A stretch of 64,000 nucleotides of DNA from positions 1 through 64,000 of the IMG/VR virus record IMGVR_UViG_3300030090_003678; one strand, given 5' to 3'. Below the pieces are notes generated by a model. The model had not been told where the DNA came from, did no database searches, and saw nothing but the letters and a program-made list of their open reading frames with translations. Made by a program: the position numbers and the translations under genes. The DNA is from an uncultured virus (IMG/VR IMGVR_UViG_3300030090_003678). Taxonomy: Duplodnaviria; Heunggongvirae; Uroviricota; Caudoviricetes. This document shows positions 1-9,367 of the stretch, piece after piece. Position 1 is the stretch's first letter. Each line of letters starts with the position of its first letter.

Positions 1-874
1 AAGCATGACCGAGAGAAGAACAAGTTTGAGTATTACCTAATTAGTGGTGGCGACAAAGAAGCTATCATGAAATGGTTGGGCTGTGCTGAAGAACATTTGA
101 TTCTTGCTTCAAGTCTTGAATCAGTTACTAGAAGTAAGAGCAATAACTCTGGTGCTAGTTACAGAAGTAAAGTATGTGTCTGGGATTACAGTCGTGGTCA
201 ATGGAAAGATGTTGAAGTAGACATGGAAGAAGGTGGTCTATACTTCGAGATCAATCGCTATGAGATTGTTGGTCGTGATGGCAACCGCATGGGTGATTGG
301 AATAACATCAGAAAGTTCAATGAGCTACTCACAGATATTGGCTGTGAGATTGATGAAGAAGTTCCTATCTATGGCATCAAGAGTCAAGAGCTAAAGAAGA
401 AGAAGTTTAATGCTGATGGTCAGTGGACTAACTACTTCGAGTACATGCAGTCGGCATACAATGATCGCATTACTGAAGTCCTTGAGTGGAATGTTGAACA
501 CATTGCTTGGAGACAACATGAAACTTCTGAACGTGAACTTGTTGCTAACTGGTTGTCTGAAGTAGACAATCTACCTGAANNNNNNNNNNGAAGAGATACG
601 AGAGTATGTTGATGACTACAAGTGGTATCGTTCAAACGAAAAGCTGTGGGTTGCTATGAGTTCGCTAAAGAGATACCTCGGTTTGGGTCGTGGACTTCAG
701 GATGATGTCGATGTAGACCCTGATGAGTGGAATAACAGAGAGAGTAAGATCGCTGAGACTTTCCCTGTACTGAACTACACTCAGCTTCACTCATACTACG
801 ACAATGAAGCAGAAAGAGACATTCGCAAAGCACACATTCTGGACTACATCAAGTTGGTTCTAACTAATAAATAA
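1..874 (+). CDS. rIIA: rIIA-like protein, C-terminal part (5' truncated, interrupted by N gap at 580-589)
   Basis: Frame is open from base 1 to the gap, and a second frame is open from the gap to TAA at 874. Call rests on position directly upstream of the rIIB-like gene. Confidence 0.55.
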
Positions 875-898
875 TTTCTTAACTTTAGGAGTATTGAT

Positions 899-1729
899 AT
901 GAGTTACATTGTAAGTAACAAAGGCGTTGTAAATTGTGTTGTCGCTGGTAAGACCTACACCTTCGACAAAAACCATCCGAACTATACCAAGTTAGTAGGT
1001 CACTTGATTGATAGTAATGTTGAATACTTTGAAGCTGACTATGATGTTGTTGCGGCAATAGACAACTTCTGTGAAGGATACATTGATGTCAAGAATGGTA
1101 CGCTTCAGTGGGATGGTATTGAGATGCCAGAACTATTCACTGAGCGTATCTTGAAGATGAAGACTGAAGGGTTCAACTTCCAACCAATGTTGGAGTTCTT
1201 AAACAACATGAATGAGAATCCTTCTGACCATGCTATTGTGGAGTTGTTTGACTTCATGCAACATGAACACTTACCTATCACTGATGATGGTCACTTCCTT
1301 GCATACAAGGCTGTGAACAAAGACTTCAAAGATAAGTGGAGTGGAACCTTTGATAACTCAGTTGGTAATACAGTTGAAGTTGATCGAGGTAATGTTGATA
1401 GCAATCGTAACAATGGTTGTAGTAAGGGACTGCATNNNNNNNNNNCTTTGGATTATGTCAAAGACTATGGAAGTGAAGATGGTGGCGACCAGTTCTTAGT
1501 GGTCAAAGTCAATCCTATGGATGTTGTGAGTGTACCTCACGATTCACGATACCAGAAATTGCGTTGTTGCAAGTACGAGGTTGTGGCTCTGTTCACTGAT
1601 CCACTCAAGGATTCCGTTGAGATGAGCGACAAGCCACCTGTAGAGGTCGAAGTGACTCACTACGATGAGGCATGGCGAGATAATGTTCGTGAACGTATCG
1701 AGTCACTCACGGCTCTTATGACCGTGTAG
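899..1729 (+). CDS. rIIB: rIIB-like protector from prophage-induced early lysis
   Basis: Motifs LPITDDGHFLAYKAV, DNSVGNTVEV..R..VD, CSKGLH, VKVNPMDVVSVP, KLRCCKYEVV typical of rIIB; AGGAG RBS upstream. Confidence 0.85.
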   Translation: MSYIVSNKGVVNCVVAGKTYTFDKNHPNYTKLVGHLIDSNVEYFEADYDVVAAIDNFCEGYIDVKNGTLQWDGIEMPELFTERILKMKTEGFNFQPMLEFLNNMNENPSDHAIVELFDFMQHEHLPITDDGHFLAYKAVNKDFKDKWSGTFDNSVGNTVEVDRGNVDSNRNNGCSKGLHXXXXLDYVKDYGSEDGGDQFLVVKVNPMDVVSVPHDSRYQKLRCCKYEVVALFTDPLKDSVEMSDKPPVEVEVTHYDEAWRDNVRERIESLTALMTV

Positions 1730-1740
1730 TATTTCAGGGA

Positions 1741-1806
1741 GGCCGATGCTCGTTGCATCGGTCAGGGCGGCAGGTTGCCCATACAGCCTGTCGTCCTTTA
1801 TTCTTT
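1741..1806 (+). terminator. Tandem hairpins ending in an intrinsic terminator after rIIB
   Basis: GGCCGATGC/GCATCGGTC hairpin, then AGGGCGGCAGGTTG/CAGCCTGTCGTCCT hairpin followed by TTATTCTTT. Confidence 0.7.
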
Positions 1807-1820
1807 AATGAGGTGTAAAA

Positions 1821-2231
1821 ATGAATTATGTTTACATCATAATAAAGCATAGACTTTTTCCAGTTCTTTGCTTCACGATTCTTTTTGGTATCTTCGTAGT
1901 TCCAAGAATACTCTTCCGGTTCCAACACTTTTTTGAAAGAATTGGCACTCTACCAAGTAAAAATAGTATGTGGATGGAAAAGGAAAAAGAAACCGATGAG
2001 GTTTTGATAGAGGAGGCTCACACCCCTTCAATATTTGAATTGATTGAGGAAGCTGTTCAGCCTGAATTATCAACTTCTCAGGATGTAATTGATGATGCTG
2101 TATCGGCATTGAGGAACATAGGATTCACTAAAAAGGCAGCTGTGGTCGCCGTAAATAATGCTTGTATTAATGAAAAGTTTGATGATCCAGTTGTCCTTGT
2201 AAAAGCCACACTAAGTAGATCAAATGTTTAA
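1821..2231 (+). CDS. Membrane-anchored protein with RuvA C-terminal-like domain
   Basis: N-terminal hydrophobic helix; C-terminal DDAVSALRNIGFTKKAAVVAV...LVKATL resembles RuvA domain III. Confidence 0.55.
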   Translation: MNYVYIIIKHRLFPVLCFTILFGIFVVPRILFRFQHFFERIGTLPSKNSMWMEKEKETDEVLIEEAHTPSIFELIEEAVQPELSTSQDVIDDAVSALRNIGFTKKAAVVAVNNACINEKFDDPVVLVKATLSRSNV

Positions 2232-2233
2232 TT

Positions 2234-2243
2234 GTGTATAATA
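2234..2243 (+). promoter_or_regulatory. GTGTATAATA promoter motif, copy 1
   Basis: Exact decamer, intergenic, 10 nt before ATG 2254. Confidence 0.65.
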
Positions 2244-2253
2244 AGGTAGAGAT

Positions 2254-2850
2254 ATGAATAGGTTAAGAGGGATGACCGCATACTTATGCGGCGCTATGGA
2301 TAGGGTAGAAGATGGTGGAGTTAAGTGGAGAAACTATATTACTCCTAAACTTCAAGAACTTGGTGTTGGTGTTTTAGACCCCTGCGATAAAGCGAGCGAC
2401 TATGGCACTGAAGATCAGGACACAAGAGGCTTAATAAATAGCTTCAAGAAGTCCGGTAAATACAATCAAGTCTCTGAAATAATGAAACCTATTTGTGCTA
2501 TTGATTTAAGAATGGTTGACATCGCTCATTTTATAGTGATGAGTTTAGATGTTGACACCCACCTATGTGGTTCCTACCACGAAGCATCAGTAGCCATAGC
2601 TCAAAAGAAACCTGTTGTGATAATGTGCAAACAGGGGAAGGAAAATTTACCGAACTGGATGTTTGGTGTAGTTCCTCATGAAATGGTATTTTCAAACTGG
2701 AGTGAACTATTGGAGTATTTACGTCATGTTGACGAAGATGATGATGCAAAACATATGAACCGTTGGCGGTTCTTTGACTTCGATAAGGTTTACAACAATG
2801 ATAGATTTACAATTCAATCGCAGAGACTTCATGCGGATAGGGGGAATTAG
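2254..2850 (+). CDS. Nucleoside 2-deoxyribosyltransferase / dNMP N-glycosidase-like protein
   Basis: YLCGAM, VLDP, DLRMVDIAHFIV, GSYHE..AIAQKKPV motifs of the NDT/Rcl fold. Confidence 0.7.
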   Translation: MNRLRGMTAYLCGAMDRVEDGGVKWRNYITPKLQELGVGVLDPCDKASDYGTEDQDTRGLINSFKKSGKYNQVSEIMKPICAIDLRMVDIAHFIVMSLDVDTHLCGSYHEASVAIAQKKPVVIMCKQGKENLPNWMFGVVPHEMVFSNWSELLEYLRHVDEDDDAKHMNRWRFFDFDKVYNNDRFTIQSQRLHADRGN

Positions 2851-4030
2851 TGCTGGTTTAAGCACGGTTGGTCTATCCGATATTAAAGCTCAAGATGCTC
2901 CTGTCTGCTTGTCACCAAATGATAAGTCCGTCATATGGGTATGGCTTGGTGGTGGAGCAACACAAGTAGAAACATTCGATCCTAAACCAGATGCTCCTGA
3001 CAACGTAAGAGCAGTTAATGGTTGGGTTAAAACAAATGCTGGTTATAGAATTGGTGCTGACTGGGAAAACTTAGCAACAGTTGGTGATAAGATGACTGTT
3101 GTGAGGTCATTTGCTCATGGCAATGCCAGTCACAGAACTGGGACTCATTGGGTGATGACTGGTTATAACAGTACAGACAACACACCACTGTCACCAGCTT
3201 ACAACCCTTCATACGGTTCTATAGTTGCCAGTTCGTATGGGTCAAACAATCCAATTACTGGTATGCCAGCCTATGTAAGAGTTAATAACATAACTTATGA
3301 TGGTGGTGCTTGGTTAGGCACTGACTACAAACCTTATGAAGCCACTGGTGAAGGTGTAAAAAATCTACAACTTAAAGTAGATAGAGAGCATTTTCTCGGT
3401 CGTCAGGATTTACTGACGGGTCTTGATAGATTGCGAAACAATACTAGCTTGCGCGATCAATCCTACAATATGCTTCTTGGTAATATTGCTGACGCTTTCG
3501 ATATAAAGAAAGAAGACCCAAAGAATTTAGAAGAGTATGGAAGTGGTATTGGAGAACAGCTACTTCTCGCTAGAAGACTTGCCGAAAGAGGCACTAAGTT
3601 CGTCACAATCCAATATGGCGGCTGGGATATGCACTCTAATATCTCTAAGTCATTAAAGAGCAGGGTTCCACCAGTTGATAAAGCTCTTGCTACATTAATA
3701 AAAGATATTCACAACAGAGGTCTTAATAAAGACGTTATGGTGGTTGTCACTGGTGAATTTGGTCGTACCTATAAGATTAATGCTAATTCAGGTAGAGATC
3801 ATTGGCCTAGATTATCACCATTGATGATTTCTGGTGGAGACTTCTTTACGGGTTATGCTCTTGGTGAATCTACTTCTAAAGCGGAAGAACCAAAGACAGA
3901 CCCATATAATCCACAGAATTTAACAGCAACATTACTTAAACATTTTGGTATTGACCAACATACACAGAGATTAGACATGGCTGGAAGGCCACGTTATTTC
4001 TTGGATGTTGGCACAGAATCTATTATCTAA
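2798..4030 (+). CDS. DUF1501 family protein with twin-arginine signal
   Basis: NRRDFMRIG Tat motif; SVIWVWLGGGATQVETFDPKP, GGWDMHSN, VVTGEFGRT..IN...GRDHWP signatures. Confidence 0.88.
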   Translation: MIDLQFNRRDFMRIGGISAGLSTVGLSDIKAQDAPVCLSPNDKSVIWVWLGGGATQVETFDPKPDAPDNVRAVNGWVKTNAGYRIGADWENLATVGDKMTVVRSFAHGNASHRTGTHWVMTGYNSTDNTPLSPAYNPSYGSIVASSYGSNNPITGMPAYVRVNNITYDGGAWLGTDYKPYEATGEGVKNLQLKVDREHFLGRQDLLTGLDRLRNNTSLRDQSYNMLLGNIADAFDIKKEDPKNLEEYGSGIGEQLLLARRLAERGTKFVTIQYGGWDMHSNISKSLKSRVPPVDKALATLIKDIHNRGLNKDVMVVVTGEFGRTYKINANSGRDHWPRLSPLMISGGDFFTGYALGESTSKAEEPKTDPYNPQNLTATLLKHFGIDQHTQRLDMAGRPRYFLDVGTESII

Positions 4031-4080
4031 TAGATATTGAGGAGGATTTGTCACTAGGAGCCTAACATTCGAGGTGGCAA

Positions 4081-4200
4081 ATGAAAAATTTTTGTTCAAT
4101 AATAAACTTTATTTGTGCTAATGCTTTTTACATAAGCGGCACAATGTTTTTCGTATCTTTGATTTACTTCCTTAAAAAATTCACGTTATTGGGGTGGTAA
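4081..4200 (+). CDS. Small hydrophobic protein (39 aa)
   Basis: ORF MKNFCSIINFICANAFYISGTMFFVSLIYFLKKFTLLGW read manually; GAGGTG RBS; fills the intergenic gap. Confidence 0.5.
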   Translation: MKNFCSIINFICANAFYISGTMFFVSLIYFLKKFTLLGW

Positions 4201-4201
4201 T

Positions 4202-4429
4202 ATGAAGATACTAATTTTTGTTTTATTCTTTGGGGTTAATGATTGCCCCATAGAAAAAGAGATTTACAGAAACTTCACTGGAATCAAAAGAGTGGACAAT
4301 TTTCTATACAGGGAACAGAAAAGATTTTGGAAACAAAAACAAAGAGAAGAAAAGAAAGAGGTTAAAAATGAGAAAGAATCTTATTTTATTCGCAATGTTA
4401 CTGACGTTCTGTTCAATGTCAAACGCTGA
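4202..4429 (+). CDS. Hypothetical protein
   Basis: ORF starts one base after the previous stop; hydrophobic N-terminus. Confidence 0.45.
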   Translation: MKILIFVLFFGVNDCPIEKEIYRNFTGIKRVDNFLYREQKRFWKQKQREEKKEVKNEKESYFIRNVTDVLFNVKR

Positions 4430-4832
4430 TGAAACACAACGAAAGGTTATTGAACCTCCAACTACGGCGAGGCCGCAATCGACTCAACAAAGAAGAGTTG
4501 TTAAGCCTCCAACCACAGTGAGGCCGCAATTACCTCAAGGATTTGGAAGACCTATACAAAGACCTATGGGGTTTGGCAAACAGGAGTGGCAAAAACCACA
4601 ACAGCAAAAACCTCAACAACAACAGGTTAGACCTAGCCATAACTATAGACATGGAAGCATAATAATCGGTAGACCATATGTTCATCCATTTAATTATCCT
4701 TCCGTAGAGACTAGGTATCATCCAGTATATGGCTTTTACAGAATATATCACCCTCCTGTGATTATACAACCACAACCTGTTCCGGTTTATCCAATGCCGT
4801 TTAGCGGGTTTTACTTTCAATTTAGGTTTTAA
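4368..4832 (+). CDS. Secreted Pro/Gln/Tyr-rich low-complexity protein
   Basis: Signal peptide MRKNLILFAMLLTFCSMSNA; internal PPTT.RPQ duplication; GAGG RBS. Confidence 0.65.
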   Translation: MRKNLILFAMLLTFCSMSNADETQRKVIEPPTTARPQSTQQRRVVKPPTTVRPQLPQGFGRPIQRPMGFGKQEWQKPQQQKPQQQQVRPSHNYRHGSIIIGRPYVHPFNYPSVETRYHPVYGFYRIYHPPVIIQPQPVPVYPMPFSGFYFQFRF

Positions 4833-4834
4833 CA

Positions 4835-5170
4835 ATGAAGAAACTAAACATGCTTTGCCTAGCAATAATGGCAATTACGATAGGATGTTTAGGATTGACA
4901 AACTATAAACAAGGAAAAAGAATCAGCCAACTTGAAGGAGATATGTATCTCACTAACGCATACCTTAACAACACTTCAATGAAACTTGAGATGTTTTTAG
5001 AGATGATAGAAGATGAGATGCACTCATCAATAAAAAGAATATCAAGACCGATAGCAAGAGAAGAGGTTATAAAGGGCTTCCGAGAATTTGCTGAGAACTT
5101 CCGTAACGCAGGAGTTCAGAAAGGTTCTTCTAATGAAATCCCTAATGAGAAATCTGACGGGGATAAGTAA
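4835..5170 (+). CDS. Membrane-anchored coiled-coil hypothetical protein
   Basis: N-terminal hydrophobic segment followed by a helical region. Confidence 0.6.
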   Translation: MKKLNMLCLAIMAITIGCLGLTNYKQGKRISQLEGDMYLTNAYLNNTSMKLEMFLEMIEDEMHSSIKRISRPIAREEVIKGFREFAENFRNAGVQKGSSNEIPNEKSDGDK

Positions 5171-5288
5171 AGAGGACTGTGTACTTTTTAGAAGATATGT
5201 AATTTTGTTGACTCTATTTTTAATGCCCATCTTGTTTGCGGCTTTATCTTTGGGGCTTTTGATAGACATTTATTTAAGTGTCAAGTGA
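5133..5288 (+). CDS. Small membrane protein
   Basis: Single hydrophobic helix; start uncertain. Confidence 0.4.
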   Translation: MKSLMRNLTGISKEDCVLFRRYVILLTLFLMPILFAALSLGLLIDIYLSVK

Positions 5289-5467
5289 GTGTTGATATGA
5301 AACTAATAGACAGAATAAATAAGGAAGTCATTGTTATACTAGTAGTGGCAGGCTTATTGTTTGCTTCTACTTTTATAGGAATGGCTTTACTAATAGATTT
5401 GGAAAACAAGCAGACTAAAGATGCAGGATCAAATAATACACAACAAGTCTTGGATGACTCTAGGTGA
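5285..5467 (+). CDS. Small membrane protein
   Basis: Single hydrophobic helix; GTGA overlap with the upstream ORF. Confidence 0.45.
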   Translation: MSVDMKLIDRINKEVIVILVVAGLLFASTFIGMALLIDLENKQTKDAGSNNTQQVLDDSR

Positions 5468-6410
5468 TTGCAACTACGAGATAGACCACGACGATGATTC
5501 AATACCAGAATCCGGCGTGGTCTATTGCAATATAGAACACATACACAAATTCTTTGCTAAGTGCAAAAAGACCACTAACAGGTATATAGTTGTTAGTGGT
5601 TTTAGCGATTATGGGTTGGCTATACAGAGAGAGCATCCCGTATCTATGGACATGAGAAAGGCTCTACCTTTCATCGAGCAAGCAATTACACCAGAAATGG
5701 GTTACGGCAATTTAGACGTACCACCAAGATGTGAACTAGAACGGTGTAATATAGAAGACGAATACTCTATCAAATGCTATGCCTTTACTTACTCTACTTT
5801 ACCAGAGATTCCAGACAATGTAGTAAAGTGGTTTCTTGTTAATACAATGACGAGAGATCGAAGAGTAACCAGTATTCCTTTGGGTGTTGGCAAAGACGCT
5901 CCGAAAGACGTTTGTTCTACGGTATCTAACCAGATTTGGAATTTTGATCGGGGAATTTTGACTGACAAGATTTCAAAAGTCAAATCAGGAAGTTCCAACT
6001 GGGTGTATTTGAATTGGCAAGATAATACTATTGAAAGAGCAAATCTTAAGAGTGGATTCATTAACGCAAATCCTGAGTGGGTTAATATAGTTAGACAACC
6101 AAAACCTTACTTAGATTATTTAGAAGACTTAAAAAATCATGTATTCACCCTGTGTCCTGAAGGTAATGGTGTAGACTGTTATAGGATCATGGAGTGCTTA
6201 TATTGCGGGTCAATACCTATAGTCTCTAATGAGCCAGCATATGACTACCTGCACGGCCTTCCTCATGTTAGAGTAAACTCTTGGAATGAAGTACACCCTA
6301 AGTTACTGCAAGAAAACCTTGAAATAATTATGAAAAGCAGTTACGATATGGATAAAATAAAGCTAGACTACTGGAAAAATCTTATAGAATCTTCTCGGAA
6401 TTTATTATAA
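5454..6410 (+). CDS. Exostosin-like (GT47-related) glycosyltransferase
   Basis: C-terminal FTLCPEGNGVDCYRIMECLYCGSIPIV matches the exostosin F.L.P.G.G....R..EAL..G.IP pattern; start could be 5421. Confidence 0.7.
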   Translation: MTLGDCNYEIDHDDDSIPESGVVYCNIEHIHKFFAKCKKTTNRYIVVSGFSDYGLAIQREHPVSMDMRKALPFIEQAITPEMGYGNLDVPPRCELERCNIEDEYSIKCYAFTYSTLPEIPDNVVKWFLVNTMTRDRRVTSIPLGVGKDAPKDVCSTVSNQIWNFDRGILTDKISKVKSGSSNWVYLNWQDNTIERANLKSGFINANPEWVNIVRQPKPYLDYLEDLKNHVFTLCPEGNGVDCYRIMECLYCGSIPIVSNEPAYDYLHGLPHVRVNSWNEVHPKLLQENLEIIMKSSYDMDKIKLDYWKNLIESSRNLL

Positions 6411-6420
6411 GGGTGAGCAT

Positions 6421-6540
6421 ATGACTGGTCTGTACGCTGGTCTAACCGCTTGGGCTATAGAATTAACGATTGCGTTTGCGTTCTTATGGCTACTCAAGCG
6501 AGAAGAGAAAAAAGTTATTGAAAGAAGGAAAAAGAAATAA
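6421..6540 (+). CDS. Small membrane protein (39 aa)
   Basis: ORF MTGLYAGLTAWAIELTIAFAFLWLLKREEKKVIERRKKK read manually; abuts the next ATG. Confidence 0.55.
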   Translation: MTGLYAGLTAWAIELTIAFAFLWLLKREEKKVIERRKKK

Positions 6541-7653
6541 ATGGGATTTCTAAATTCAACACACAACATCAACCTTTCGTGTCCTATTAACCAGTTAGGT
6601 TACGGAGTGACCGGATTAAACCTATCTAAAGCCTTGAGCGAATTAAAGCAAACAGTGGCTTTGTTTGTCATAGGTAATGTAGAAGCTCCTGAGCAGTACC
6701 ATGAGGATTTGAAACAGATGATTTCAAACTCCCGTATGCCTGATTGGAACGCTCCTTCTATCAGAATCTGGCATCAGCACGATATGACCCAATTCGTGGG
6801 TAGAGGCGAAAAATATGGGTTTCCCATTTTTGAGCTTGATAAATTTACAGATCTTGAGAAGCACCACCTTGCTTACTTGGATAAATGGTTTGTAACGTCT
6901 GAGTGGTCAAAATCTATACTCGTAGACCAACTTAAATCTATCAATGGTGAGGATCACATGAATGAAAAAACAACTGTGATACCTCTAGGAGTTGATCGTT
7001 CCATTTTTCGTGAATCGGTTTCTCACAGACCAGAAACGATATTCTACAACTGTGGAAAGTGGGAAGTGAGAAAAGGACATGATGTTCTAGTCAAGGCGTT
7101 CAACGAAGCGTTCAACGAAGATGATGACGTTGAGCTATGGATGATGTGCGACAATCCTTTCTATAACGAAGAAGACAACTTCAAATGGGAAAGGCTATAT
7201 CGTTCATCAAAGTTGGGTGGCAAAGTTCGAGTCATACCAAGACAACAATCACAACAAGATGTCTACAACATCATGAGCCAAACAGATTGCGGTGTATTTC
7301 CATCAAAAGCTGAGGGTTGGAATTTAGAACTATTAGAAATGATGTCTTGTGGAAAGCAAGTCATAGCAACTAACTATTCTTCTCATACAGAATTCTGTAA
7401 TGAAGATAATTGCATGTTGGTCGAAACTGAGGAGCTTGAAGACGCTCATGACGGAAAATGGTTTAGAGGTCAAGGCCAATGGGCTAAGATCGGAGATAAA
7501 GAAATATCTAAGCTGGCAGAACTCATGAGAGAAGTCCACGAAAAGAAAAAGAAGGACGAACTCAATATAAACCAAGCTGGAGTAGATACGGCCAAAAAAT
7601 TCAGCTGGGAAAACTCAGCCAAAAAAATAATTGAAAGATTGGAAGAAGAATGA
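6541..7653 (+). CDS. GT4-like (GT-B) glycosyltransferase
   Basis: GYG, IPLGVD, RKGHDVL, FPSKAEGWNLELLEMMSCGKQVIAT, FSWENSA. Confidence 0.88.
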   Translation: MGFLNSTHNINLSCPINQLGYGVTGLNLSKALSELKQTVALFVIGNVEAPEQYHEDLKQMISNSRMPDWNAPSIRIWHQHDMTQFVGRGEKYGFPIFELDKFTDLEKHHLAYLDKWFVTSEWSKSILVDQLKSINGEDHMNEKTTVIPLGVDRSIFRESVSHRPETIFYNCGKWEVRKGHDVLVKAFNEAFNEDDDVELWMMCDNPFYNEEDNFKWERLYRSSKLGGKVRVIPRQQSQQDVYNIMSQTDCGVFPSKAEGWNLELLEMMSCGKQVIATNYSSHTEFCNEDNCMLVETEELEDAHDGKWFRGQGQWAKIGDKEISKLAELMREVHEKKKKDELNINQAGVDTAKKFSWENSAKKIIERLEEE

Positions 7654-8339
7654 TTCATATAATTAATGCGGCTGGAGGATCAGAAGAAGTTGATTCTATT
7701 CAGTACGAAGGCTCTCCGAATGAGAGAGACAAAAACTATATGGCAAAAGAGCATCCGCTCGTAACCATAGACTGGAGAGAGATATTACCTCCTCCTCCAA
7801 AAAATTCTAGCGAAATTACTAGACTAGAGCTAAAAGAAGTCGAGCGTGTAACCCGCAATCTGACACAAGAACAATTCGACCTTGTAATGGAAGTAGACAA
7901 AGAACCAGTCAATGCTTTCATGCCTTATCTAAAAAGAAACAACATTGAGTTTCCGAAAGAACTCGTGGATTTAGCTTTAGAAAATGTTTATCCAGTATGG
8001 TTAAAGCTGAAATACTTACATAGAAGAGCGAGGCCGTTTCAAGTCGCTCCGCATCTCGGATTTGTTATTTCAGTAATACAAACTTCAACTCATCAAACTC
8101 CAGCGTATCCTAGTGGGCATCAAACAGAAGGCGCATTGTATGCTGAGATTCTATCTGATATTTATCCAGAACATAAAACTGGATTCTATGAAGCTGCCGG
8201 AATGGTAGGTATGGCTAGAATGTTACAAGGAGTCCATTATCCTAGCGATAACGAAGCCGCAATGAGAGTGGCAAGAATCTGCTGGGAAAACATTAAGGAA
8301 AACTTAGATGATAAATGGACTGATATTATCAAAGGATAG
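7650..8339 (+). CDS. PAP2 / vanadium-haloperoxidase-family acid phosphatase
   Basis: K......RP (KYLHRRARP), PAYPSGH, RMLQGVHYPSD motifs. Confidence 0.85.
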   Translation: MIHIINAAGGSEEVDSIQYEGSPNERDKNYMAKEHPLVTIDWREILPPPPKNSSEITRLELKEVERVTRNLTQEQFDLVMEVDKEPVNAFMPYLKRNNIEFPKELVDLALENVYPVWLKLKYLHRRARPFQVAPHLGFVISVIQTSTHQTPAYPSGHQTEGALYAEILSDIYPEHKTGFYEAAGMVGMARMLQGVHYPSDNEAAMRVARICWENIKENLDDKWTDIIKG

Positions 8340-9150
8340 AGCTTCACAACTAAGATTTCTACTTGAGAGTATACATTACAATATGCCCTCATTTTTTAAT
8401 GAAATCAGGGTGATCCACACTTCATCTACAGAAGACTTTGCCAAAGGCTATGAAAAACTAAAGTCGGAAGAGATACTGCCAAACATTGTGTGGCAAGAAG
8501 AAGTTGACTTTGTAGAAGATTTTCTAGGATACTTGAATTCATGCGAGTCTGAATATATTTGCGGAATAGTAGATGACTGTGTGATTTACAAAAGAGTCTC
8601 TACAAATCCCGAATTTGTTGAGAGCATGATAACAGATGATGTATTTTGTTTTTCAATGAGGCTTGGGTTAAACACAACTGTACAAAATTATCTAGACCCA
8701 GATAGACATGGAGAAGTAAAGCTCAAAAAATATGATTACAATCCAGTTGTTATAAAATGGAATTGGAAGGAGTGGGATTCTACTATGAATTTTGGCTATC
8801 CAATATCTTTAGATGGTCATATATTTAGAACCAAAGAGTTAGCTGAGTTATCAAACAACCACAAGTTCGATTATTTACGTCAATGGGAAGGAGTCATTGC
8901 AGGAAAGTCTAGGAAAGAAGTAGAGAGACCAAACATGGCATCCTACCATCAGAGTATACTATTTAGTATTCCATGTAATTGTGTTCAAGACCCTCCTCTT
9001 GTTTCAGGTCAGATGTTTTACCACTCTGAAGAAGAGTTGAATGAAAAGTATCTGAACAACGAGGTTATATCTTGGGATAAGATGCAGTACGCCTTTCAAA
9101 ATGTGAATTGGTCACACAACGAAATTAAAATTTTATTTGAGGAGATGTAA
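8308..9150 (+). CDS. Putative GT-A glycosyltransferase (paralog of 17954..18838)
   Basis: ILSKDRASQL..LLES start, VDD motif, SMRLG, YPISLDGHIF. Confidence 0.6.
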   Translation: MINGLILSKDRASQLRFLLESIHYNMPSFFNEIRVIHTSSTEDFAKGYEKLKSEEILPNIVWQEEVDFVEDFLGYLNSCESEYICGIVDDCVIYKRVSTNPEFVESMITDDVFCFSMRLGLNTTVQNYLDPDRHGEVKLKKYDYNPVVIKWNWKEWDSTMNFGYPISLDGHIFRTKELAELSNNHKFDYLRQWEGVIAGKSRKEVERPNMASYHQSILFSIPCNCVQDPPLVSGQMFYHSEEELNEKYLNNEVISWDKMQYAFQNVNWSHNEIKILFEEM

Positions 9151-9366
9151 GTGATGCCAGCACCAAAGATACATTTTATAAATTACTTAAAACAAAAAGC
9201 AGAGTCGGAGAGAGACAAAGCTCTTGGATCTCTTGGCCTTTTATTAGATAAATCTGTTGGTATAGGAGATCACTCCACAGGAGACTTCTATGCAAATTTG
9301 GATGAAGCTCTAGATGCTTTAGTGGATGCAGAAGATAGGCTAGAGGTATTAAGTAAGTATTTTTAA
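9151..9366 (+). CDS. Hypothetical protein
   Basis: Helical ORF with VGIGDHS, in operon context. Confidence 0.6.
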   Translation: MMPAPKIHFINYLKQKAESERDKALGSLGLLLDKSVGIGDHSTGDFYANLDEALDALVDAEDRLEVLSKYF

Positions 9367-9367
9367 T

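Noticed and set aside
580..589. Apparent frameshift splitting the rIIA-like gene
   Set aside because: Falls on a 10-N scaffold gap of arbitrary length; frames are open on both sides.
1436..1445. Unknown residues in rIIB
   Set aside because: Assembly gap, not biology.
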